Below, one piece after another: positions 56,908 to 64,000 of a stretch of 64,000 nucleotides of DNA. The translations under genes were made by a program, and so were the position numbers. This DNA comes from a bacterium (lineage in GTDB: Bacteria > UBP6 > UBA1177), in assembly GCA_017405875.1 (NCBI GenBank), contig JAFQZM010000038.1, forward strand, positions 21,314 through 85,313, given 5' to 3'. How positions within the stretch are numbered: the stretch's first letter is position 1; every line of letters starts with the position of its first letter. Below the pieces are notes generated by a model. That model was not told the origin of the DNA, did not search any database, and worked only from the letters and a program-made list of their open reading frames with translations.

Positions 56908-59900
56908 TTATTTTTTGGAAGCAAAAAGTTTGACGCCCGCAAGAGCAAGAAGAGCCGCAAATGCTGCGAAAACGAGGTAGAGCATATTGTTGCTTTCTTC
57001 AACTGCTGAAATTGAGCAGCCGCTGCCGTCATCATCGCCGGAACCGCATGAATTCGGATCGGTCGGATCGCATTCATAAGTGAATTCCTTCGAAGCAACA
57101 GGCGTTCCGACAGCCTTTCCGGAACCTACTTTTACATCGCTGACCGTGATTTTCGCTTTTTCGCCGTCTTTCATTTTGAATTCGACCTTGAAGATGAGGA
57201 ATTTTTCTTCGTTTTCGCCGTACTGAAGAAGATCTTCAAGATTTTCGAAGGTCATCGAAGTCGTACTGTCGAAAGTATCAACCTTCTGAAGTACAGTGTC
57301 TCCTGCCGACTGGATACCGTCGCCGTCTCTGTCGAGAATGAGGGAGATGGATTTGATGCCTTCGCCGAATTTTGCGTAGCTGCTGGATATCTTGACTTTG
57401 ATTGTTTTGATCTTGTCAGCAGCACCTTTCGATTTCGTTCTGGCCTGAAGCATTTCGTGTTCGCCGTTGAAATTTTTGTATGACGGAACCGGAGGATCCA
57501 TCTGTCCTTTTGTGAAAATAAAGCCCTCTATAGGTTCGAATCTGAATGTCGCGAAGTCGATTCTCTTGCCGTTTACGGTGATGTTTCCGCCGGCTTTGAG
57601 CGTGAATGCTTCGGGGCTCTCTATAATCAGGTTAAATTTTCCTGGCTGACCGGTTGTCGTTGTCGTTTCGACATTGGCTGTTACGATGAAGTAGTTTTTG
57701 TCAGCGGTCGTGATGGCTCTGTTAGCCGCATCCATAGTGGAGAACTCGATGAAAGATGAGTTCTGGAGAGAGTCGGCGGAAGATACTACTGCGTCGCCTT
57801 CATCGACTTTGCCGTTTCCGTTGTTGTCTCTGTAAAGTTTGAAGTTTGCCGCTTTGACATCATTGTCTTTGTAAAGTTTGAACTGAGCTTTGAGCAATTC
57901 GTAGGTCTTGCCTTTATCTCCGTCGGAAAGAAGGTAGAACTGACCGAGAACAAGATCGTTTTTCGGAGACTCGATAAGTATTTCGTTCGAGTCGCCGCTT
58001 CCAGGGCTGTCTTTGCCCATATCGTAAGAAACGTTCAAATCCTGAGTCGTCTGATTGTTGCCGCCTTCAGAAACGCACTCGTTGTTTACGCATTTTTCGC
58101 CGTCTTTGCAGTCTTTGTCTTCTGCGCAGTAGCTGTCGTTTCCGTCGATTTTTACACCGCCGCACTGAGCTTTCGGAGGAAGTTCGCACTCAGCGATAGT
58201 CGGGCATTTTCCGAGTTTGAGTCTGAGCGGAATGTTGCTGTTCGAGTTGTAGGGCATGCTGTCGCCGGTAATTACGGCTGTATTTCTGATGACTTCGTTC
58301 TTCGAAAGGTTTGCTTTCGGTCTGACTTGGAATCTTACCCATGCACCCTGGCTGCAGTAATCAGGCTCGTTGAGTTTGTCGCAGTGCTGCGTCATAACAT
58401 CGGCAATCATCTGAGCGTTGGCGTAGGGGAATCCGCCGTTTACGTCGGGAACCGTCGTCCAGTCTGTTCCGTTTCCGTTTTCATCGAATTTCGTTGCGAT
58501 TTCGGTTGTTCCAGCAACATAGTCGACCTGAGCCGGAAGTGTATCCTGAAGCATTACGTTGCCGGCCTGGTTTTCACCCCAGTTCTGGATTTTGATCGTG
58601 TAGTAGAAAGGTCTGTCAGCACATACTGCATCTTCGTCAGTCGAGCATGAGCAGTAATCTTTCTCTCTGCCGTTCGGGGTTTTCGGGTTTGCCGGAATAT
58701 CGAATTTCGGTGCTTTCGTATCGACGCTGACGATAAGAAGGTTTGTGTAAACCTGATCCTGGTTTGCGCCGATCTGAAGGTTGATCATCGTGTCGCCTTT
58801 TTGGAACTGTCCGTAGAAAGGACCGGTAGGACCTGAGTCTACCATAAGAATGTCGGCATCGATTGCGTATTCAAGAGGATTGGTCATATCCATAGGCCAC
58901 AACTGGTTTGGATTGCCGACGCACCAGTAGTTTTCACTGTCTTCCCAGCCGAAAACCGATGAAATCGAGTTGTACATTTCGGTGTAAGAACCCATATTCG
59001 GATTGCAGTTGTTGAAAAGAGGTGCGAAATTGTTGGGATTAAGCTGGCTGCTTATTGCAAGACCTTCCATGTGAGAGAAAAGCGGCGAATACAATCCCGG
59101 GTCACCTTCAAAAACAACGAGACCGAGTTTAATGACTGCTTCAGCCGGAAGTTCGAAACCTGAAACCGTGATAAGCTGAGAAGCGTCTCTGTATGCAGCA
59201 AGACCGTTGTAGAAGTAGATTTTCTTCGGGTTGATGTGGGCCGAAGTGTAGACGAAAGGCATAAACCAGCCGCCGACCAGACCGCTTGTCGTAAGGTAAT
59301 TCTGGTCATTCGAGCCGTCCATTCCTTTTACATTGTAGTCACCGTAAAGGGCTTCACCGGAGTTCATACCTTTTTTTTCACCCATAGCGATGATTTCTTT
59401 CATGAAGTCGGAAACTTCGACTCTGTAGGTGTAAACGCCTGTTGCTCCGCTGTTCGCATCGGCAGGCATGTTCAGTGCTTCGTATTCAAAGTCACCGATT
59501 GTCGTTGTTGCAAGATTACCCTGTTTTGAAGCAGTAACTTCCTGAGTAAGGGTAATTGACGGATCAGCCGCATTCGTGAATGTGAGTGTTACCGAGTTGT
59601 CAGTCGGACCGCTGAGATTATTGGGATCCTGAGTCGAAAGCCATACGAGGAAAGCTCTGTCGACATCAGCATCCGGCGGAATGTGTTTTGATGTCAAAGT
59701 GTAGGTCGATCCTACATTCGGATCTATGAAAGTATCAGCCTGCGGGTTCTGCGCAGTGTTATCCTGACCGTTGCTTGTGTTGGCTGCGCCGGTTACACGG
59801 TCGATAAGAGTTTTGTGCATGATGAAGAAGTCCCATGCACCTTCTTCCCATTTGAGTTCGGTGCCGTCAGGAGCGTGTGAGATACCGTTCTGACCGATTG

Positions 59901-59961
59901 CTGCGAAAAGCATTACCGGAACAAAAACCATAAGAACAAATAAGAATTTTTTCATTGTCAC
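56908..59961 (-). CDS. Giant surface protein, paralog B, inverted relative to paralog A with the same architecture and C-terminal anchor
   Basis: N-terminus MKKFLFVLMVFVPVMLFAAIGQNGISHAPDGTELKWEEGAWDFFIMHK is near-identical to paralog A. C-terminus GSGCSISAVEESNNMLYLVFAAFAALLALAGVKLFASKK. GGAGGTG RBS. Confidence 0.7.
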   Translation of the reverse strand: MTMKKFLFVLMVFVPVMLFAAIGQNGISHAPDGTELKWEEGAWDFFIMHKTLIDRVTGAANTSNGQDNTAQNPQADTFIDPNVGSTYTLTSKHIPPDADVDRAFLVWLSTQDPNNLSGPTDNSVTLTFTNAADPSITLTQEVTASKQGNLATTTIGDFEYEALNMPADANSGATGVYTYRVEVSDFMKEIIAMGEKKGMNSGEALYGDYNVKGMDGSNDQNYLTTSGLVGGWFMPFVYTSAHINPKKIYFYNGLAAYRDASQLITVSGFELPAEAVIKLGLVVFEGDPGLYSPLFSHMEGLAISSQLNPNNFAPLFNNCNPNMGSYTEMYNSISSVFGWEDSENYWCVGNPNQLWPMDMTNPLEYAIDADILMVDSGPTGPFYGQFQKGDTMINLQIGANQDQVYTNLLIVSVDTKAPKFDIPANPKTPNGREKDYCSCSTDEDAVCADRPFYYTIKIQNWGENQAGNVMLQDTLPAQVDYVAGTTEIATKFDENGNGTDWTTVPDVNGGFPYANAQMIADVMTQHCDKLNEPDYCSQGAWVRFQVRPKANLSKNEVIRNTAVITGDSMPYNSNSNIPLRLKLGKCPTIAECELPPKAQCGGVKIDGNDSYCAEDKDCKDGEKCVNNECVSEGGNNQTTQDLNVSYDMGKDSPGSGDSNEILIESPKNDLVLGQFYLLSDGDKGKTYELLKAQFKLYKDNDVKAANFKLYRDNNGNGKVDEGDAVVSSADSLQNSSFIEFSTMDAANRAITTADKNYFIVTANVETTTTTGQPGKFNLIIESPEAFTLKAGGNITVNGKRIDFATFRFEPIEGFIFTKGQMDPPVPSYKNFNGEHEMLQARTKSKGAADKIKTIKVKISSSYAKFGEGIKSISLILDRDGDGIQSAGDTVLQKVDTFDSTTSMTFENLEDLLQYGENEEKFLIFKVEFKMKDGEKAKITVSDVKVGSGKAVGTPVASKEFTYECDPTDPNSCGSGDDDGSGCSISAVEESNNMLYLVFAAFAALLALAGVKLFASKK

Positions 59962-59989
59962 CTCCGAAGTTTAACAAAAAAAACGTCGG

Positions 59990-60017
59990 ATTATAAGACT
60001 TTTTAAAATTGAGTCAA
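59990..60017 (-). promoter_or_regulatory. Sigma-70-like promoter for paralog B (TTGACT-N16-TATAAT on the minus strand)
   Basis: Minus-strand TTGACT at 60017-60012 and TATAAT at 59995-59990, about 30 nt upstream of the ATG at 59961. Confidence 0.4.
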
Positions 60018-60043
60018 CTGTTAATGGAAAATATGGAAATAAG

Positions 60044-62590
60044 TTAATCGACAGTCAGAAGCGAGCAGCCGCTGCCGTCTTTTTTTAATGGTTTTATGCA
60101 AGTGTTTTCCGTGCCGCATATCAGTCCGTCATTGCATGTGCGGTCGGGATAGCATTCGCCGTTGTATTCACCTTGATTTTTTTCTGGACCGTTGTTGTTT
60201 TCGTTGGAAGAATCATCATTGTCGCCGCCGGTCTGTTCATCTTCGTCGGCATCGCTGTTTTCGGAATCTTCACCGCTCTCCTGCGGATCTTCGTCGTCAG
60301 CCGGATCGGAATCGTCATCGTTACTGCCGCCGCCTGCGCATGTGCTTGTGTCGTAGCCGGTGCATTCATAGTTGCAGAAGGCTGTTCCGTCCGTGAAGCT
60401 GCTGTCGATTTCGGTGCACGGTTTGTAGTCGCCGTCGCACTCTTCGCCTTCTTCCTTTACATTGTTTCCGCAGTTCGGTTCAGGATCGGCTTCTTTCGGA
60501 AGTATTTTGTCGTCAATGCAGCCGTAGCCTGTGCGGATTTCGTTGTAGGAACATTTCGCGATGCATAATCCTTCGTAGCATTCGACTTTGCTGTTTCCGT
60601 TGTAGCAGTCTTTGTTTTTCGAGCATTCCGCCGTGCAGTAGCCTCCTTTCCAATCTTCGTCGTTGATACATATCGGATTTCCCGCAGTGTTTATGCACTC
60701 GGAATCAGTTGAACATGCGTCTCCCGCTTTTCCGGTTCCGCCGTTTTCGCAGTTGTTGTCGATAACGCCGTCGCAGTCGTCATCTCTGTCGTAGTAGTTT
60801 CCGTAGCAGCCGTCAACCGGAGCCGAGGCTATACATTCCGGGCAGGTTCCGTCTTTTGCAGCACGGACCATTGCGTTTGCGTCGACGATACCGAATCCGA
60901 AGCAGGGCGAGTGTTCTTTCGATCCGCTGGAGAGCCATTCATCGCTCTGGGTCGCCCATGAACCTTCGGAACAGTCTGCCGACGGTTTGCGGGCTTTGGA
61001 TTTTACGCAGTTCATCGCTCCTGAAAATACGAAATCCGGATTTGCCGCAAGCATGAGTGCTACTGCTCCGGCTGCAACAGGTGTCGCCGCGCTGGTTCCG
61101 CTCATTCCGCTTGTGTAGTCGCCTTTGCTGTCAAGGCTGCCGATAAGGTTGTTTCCGTAACTGCTTTTGTAGGCGTATCCGTACTGGGTTCCCTGAATGT
61201 CGGTCGTGTTGTTCCCCGCACCGGCAGAAATATCGATTTCGGCGCCGTAGTTCGAGTAACCTTCCATAGTGTCGGACTCTCCGAGTGCGCTCACCGTGAG
61301 AAAATCGTTGTCTTTGAGAAAGCCGTTTAAATTTGTGTCGCAGTGAGAGTTTCCGGCAGCCCAGAGGAAAATCGTTCCTTTGCCGTTTCTGCCGCTTTTT
61401 CTGCCGAAATCGACAGCTTGTGAAGTGCTGTTGTCGGCAGGAATTTGAATGCAGTTGTAGTTGTCGTCCACGTCTTCGGCTCCCCAGCTGTTGCTTACGA
61501 CCCAAGCACCGTTGTCAACAGCATATTTGATTGCGTTATATGTGGAATTGACGTTCAGCATCTGACTTTCATCTTCGTAGTCATCCGGAATAACTCTTAT
61601 CGGAATAATCGGGCATCCCCAGCATGTCGCCGCAACGCCGGCACTGTTGTTTGTCTTTGCCGCCGCAAGCCCTGCACATGCCGTTCCGTGCGGAACTCCG
61701 TAACGGTCGTTACCGTTTTTCTCGGTGTTCGGTGCACCGCCCAGATTACCACCGAGAAAGTCTTCGCCGAGATCAGTCAGAATATTGAGATCGGGGTGGG
61801 TAAGATCGACACCTGAATCAACGATTGCGATTCTGACGTCTTTGCCGCTGGCGGTTTCGATATCCCACGCTTCAGGTGCGTTGATCTGAGTCAAATGCCA
61901 CTGCTCTTCAAAATAAGGGTCGTTCGGAGTCGTTGAAAGAAGTTTCATTTTCCAGAGCCAGTTCGGCTGTGCCCAGCGGACGTACTGCCTTTCAAAAAGT
62001 GAATTGGCTATTGCGAAAGGATCAGAACCTGCGGGAAGCGAAACTGTGTAAAAATTATTTTCTTCGTCAACGATTTCAACAACTTTAAGTCCGTAAATAT
62101 TCAGAATTCTTTCCTGCTCGTCTTTGTCTGTGTGTTTCGAAAAAACAAGGTTTATCGTTCCGTCCAGGACTACGGGCGAATTTTTCGCGTAGTAGGTGAG
62201 TACCGGCCAGGCTCCTATGCCGTTTTTCGCGAGAATGTTGCGCACCTGAATCCAGTTTTTGCGGTCGGATTTATCAAGATTGATTTTGAAAGCCCTGAAA
62301 TTCTGAGCATCGAAGGTAACATGCGAAATCATATCGGAAAATTTGATTCCGTTGAACCTGATGTCCCGCAGACTATTCAGATTCGCCGAATGCGGAATCG
62401 CGATTTCATCGTATTTCTGCAGGAGATACTGCGGTTCACCGTCCATGTGATAGTAAAAAGTGTCGTAAAGCCGGCCGTTTCTTTCGATGAGTTTGCCGAG
62501 TAGCGGTTTTTGAAGATCAGATTCCTCCGCAAATAAGACACATGAAAAACATAGCAGAAAAGTAATCAGAACTTTTTTCAACAAAGGCAT
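60044..62590 (-). CDS. Secreted subtilisin-like serine protease (S8) with a long Cys-rich, acidic C-terminal extension ending DGSGCSLLTVD
   Basis: Signal peptide. Catalytic triad contexts AIVDSGVD, HGTACAG and GMSGTSAATP. The C-terminal ~330 aa have many Cys modules, including NCGNNVKEEGEECDGDY (Myxococcus-type Cys repeat). ATG at 62590 follows GGAGG. Confidence 0.8.
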   Translation of the reverse strand: MPLLKKVLITFLLCFSCVLFAEESDLQKPLLGKLIERNGRLYDTFYYHMDGEPQYLLQKYDEIAIPHSANLNSLRDIRFNGIKFSDMISHVTFDAQNFRAFKINLDKSDRKNWIQVRNILAKNGIGAWPVLTYYAKNSPVVLDGTINLVFSKHTDKDEQERILNIYGLKVVEIVDEENNFYTVSLPAGSDPFAIANSLFERQYVRWAQPNWLWKMKLLSTTPNDPYFEEQWHLTQINAPEAWDIETASGKDVRIAIVDSGVDLTHPDLNILTDLGEDFLGGNLGGAPNTEKNGNDRYGVPHGTACAGLAAAKTNNSAGVAATCWGCPIIPIRVIPDDYEDESQMLNVNSTYNAIKYAVDNGAWVVSNSWGAEDVDDNYNCIQIPADNSTSQAVDFGRKSGRNGKGTIFLWAAGNSHCDTNLNGFLKDNDFLTVSALGESDTMEGYSNYGAEIDISAGAGNNTTDIQGTQYGYAYKSSYGNNLIGSLDSKGDYTSGMSGTSAATPVAAGAVALMLAANPDFVFSGAMNCVKSKARKPSADCSEGSWATQSDEWLSSGSKEHSPCFGFGIVDANAMVRAAKDGTCPECIASAPVDGCYGNYYDRDDDCDGVIDNNCENGGTGKAGDACSTDSECINTAGNPICINDEDWKGGYCTAECSKNKDCYNGNSKVECYEGLCIAKCSYNEIRTGYGCIDDKILPKEADPEPNCGNNVKEEGEECDGDYKPCTEIDSSFTDGTAFCNYECTGYDTSTCAGGGSNDDDSDPADDEDPQESGEDSENSDADEDEQTGGDNDDSSNENNNGPEKNQGEYNGECYPDRTCNDGLICGTENTCIKPLKKDGSGCSLLTVD

Positions 62591-62771
62591 TTTAATCCTC
62601 CTTAAAATCAACCGAAAACAATAAAGATTAGAGATTCTTTAAATTAATTCAATTTTATCCTGAATTTTGCGAGTTGTTTTCCTTGCTAAAACAAATTCAT
62701 GTCTTATACTCGCGCAAAAATTGCTCTTTAATTGTTTTGAACTTTTAATAACTTTTTTGAAGGAGAAAAAA

Positions 62772-63767
62772 ATGAATTTTATCGAATCTTTGCGTGAAAA
62801 GGCAATCAAGGTCCAGAAAACGATAGTTCTTCCGGAAGGAACCGAACCGAGAACCCTCAAGGCAACACAGATCATTCTTGAGCAGAAGATCGCGAAACCG
62901 ATCCTCATCGGAAATCCCGAAAAGATCAACGCTGCGGCAAAAGAACTCGGCGTAAAGATCGACGGCGCAAGAATAGTTGATCCGGTCAACAGCGAATACT
63001 ACGAAGATTTCGTCAACACTTTCTATGAAATGAGAAAGGCTAAAGGCGTCGATATGGACAAGGCGCGCAAAATGATGGCTGACGAAGTTTACTTCGCAAC
63101 GATGATGGTCAAGAAAGACGTCGCTGACGGTCTCGTAAGCGGCGCGATCCATTCGACCGGCGACACGATCCGTCCGGCACTCCAGATCATCAAGACGAAA
63201 CCCGGAATCAAATCGGTTTCCAGCACGTTCGTTATGATAGTTCCGAACTGCGAGCTCGGCAGCAACGGAATGTTCCTTTTCGGCGACTGCGCAGTCAACC
63301 CGAATCCGACTTCGGCAGAACTTGCAGAGAGCGCTATCCTTACCGCTCAGACTGCAAAATCCTTCTGCGACATGGATCCGAAAGTCGCTCTTCTTAGCTT
63401 CTCGACCTACGGCAGCGCAAAACACGAATTCGTAGACAAAGTTGTCGAAGCAGTAAAAATCGTTCACGAAACAGCTCCCGACCTTGCAGCTGACGGCGAG
63501 ATCCAGGCTGATGCAGCTATGGTCGCAAGCGTAGGTAAGACAAAATGCCCCAACAGTCCTATCGCAGGACAGGCAAACGTCATGATCTTCCCCGACCTTC
63601 AGAGCGGAAACATCGGCTACAAACTCGTTCAGAGACTTGCAAAAGCAGAAGCAGTCGGTCCTTTCCTTCAGGGCATAGCGAAACCGGTCAACGACCTTTC
63701 GAGAGGCTGCTCGGTTGACGATATCGTAAACGTAGTTGCTGCAACTGCGATCCAGGCTGCAAACTAA
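62772..63767 (+). CDS. pta: Phosphate acetyltransferase
   Basis: MNFIESLREKAIKVQKTIVLPEGTEPRTLKA and the C-terminal PTA_PTB fold. AGGAG RBS. ATG at 62772. Confidence 0.85.
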   Translation: MNFIESLREKAIKVQKTIVLPEGTEPRTLKATQIILEQKIAKPILIGNPEKINAAAKELGVKIDGARIVDPVNSEYYEDFVNTFYEMRKAKGVDMDKARKMMADEVYFATMMVKKDVADGLVSGAIHSTGDTIRPALQIIKTKPGIKSVSSTFVMIVPNCELGSNGMFLFGDCAVNPNPTSAELAESAILTAQTAKSFCDMDPKVALLSFSTYGSAKHEFVDKVVEAVKIVHETAPDLAADGEIQADAAMVASVGKTKCPNSPIAGQANVMIFPDLQSGNIGYKLVQRLAKAEAVGPFLQGIAKPVNDLSRGCSVDDIVNVVAATAIQAAN

Positions 63768-64000
63768 AATGTCGGAGCGCGGGCGGTGAGCCCGCAGACT
63801 TTCCACAAAATCTACCGGTTTAACTACCTGAATTATCCAACAAAATTGAGTTTTACAGTTTGACTCGAATTATTTTTGCGGATTCCGTATTTTTTGTTCA
63901 AGTTAAAATTTTTCTGCCGAAACGAAAAAATCACTTGCTTTCAGTTCTGATTTGTCTAAAATCCCTCGTTTTTGATTGTTTTATTGGGAAGACAAAATGA

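Noticed and set aside
63779-63795. GC hairpin GCGGGC-ggtga-GCCCGC after pta
   Set aside because: No U-tract follows it. It may be a REP-like structure or part of the next gene's leader, and cannot be called a terminator.
62745-63806. 353-aa minus-strand ORF
   Set aside because: It is antisense to pta, which has unambiguous homology and an RBS-supported start.

Overview
The window is about 64 kb of chromosomal DNA with roughly 48% GC and dense coding on both strands. I found no rRNA, tRNA, CRISPR array, IS element or prophage signature by eye. Gene content points to a Fibrobacter-like bacterium of the FCB group, because one giant lipoprotein carries several 'WRLPT..EL..L' modules of the Fib_succ_major/DUF1566 type. 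About 50 CDS can be supported. Start codons were re-picked inside the supplied ORFs where an RBS and homology indicated a later start (the ORF track also uses TTG and GTG).

Content from left to right:
- a partial hypothetical gene, galT and galU, an N-domain-less clpB, a class-I/II aminotransferase and an S41 lipoprotein peptidase
- a GT39/ArnT-like glycosyltransferase, a CpsB-like PHP phosphatase and iorAB
- a 1113-aa repeat-rich lipoprotein and murA
- a type IV pilus (T4P) inner-membrane and secretin operon, xre-pilMNOPQ, fused to aroC-aroK-aroB and an unknown lipoprotein
- a tightly overlapping five-gene membrane operon: CDP-alcohol phosphatidyltransferase, a LicC-like cytidylyltransferase fused to a membrane domain, an orphan ExbD/TolR-like gene, an FtsB-like gene and a membrane GGDEF cyclase
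- RNase G, an MBL-fold phosphodiesterase, a NifU-like gene and a Na+/Ca2+ exchanger
- a type II secretion-like core, gspCDEF, whose ATPase has tandem MshEN-type c-di-GMP-binding motifs
- smpB, yraN, rsmI, an acidic lipoprotein, an SDR epimerase and tsaD
- a Myxococcus-style pilB-pilT-pilC-pilS-pilR operon on the minus strand
- two convergent, diverged ~1000-aa paralogous surface proteins with a conserved Cys-containing C-terminal anchor, preceded by a Cys-rich subtilisin
- pta at the right edge

Non-coding structure includes a family of short GATC-rich palindromic repeats in four gene-end gaps, two 9-bp tandem repeat arrays, a perfect 13-bp inverted repeat carrying TTGACA on both strands, and an intragenic 27-bp tandem repeat that encodes 6x AAGDPIM.
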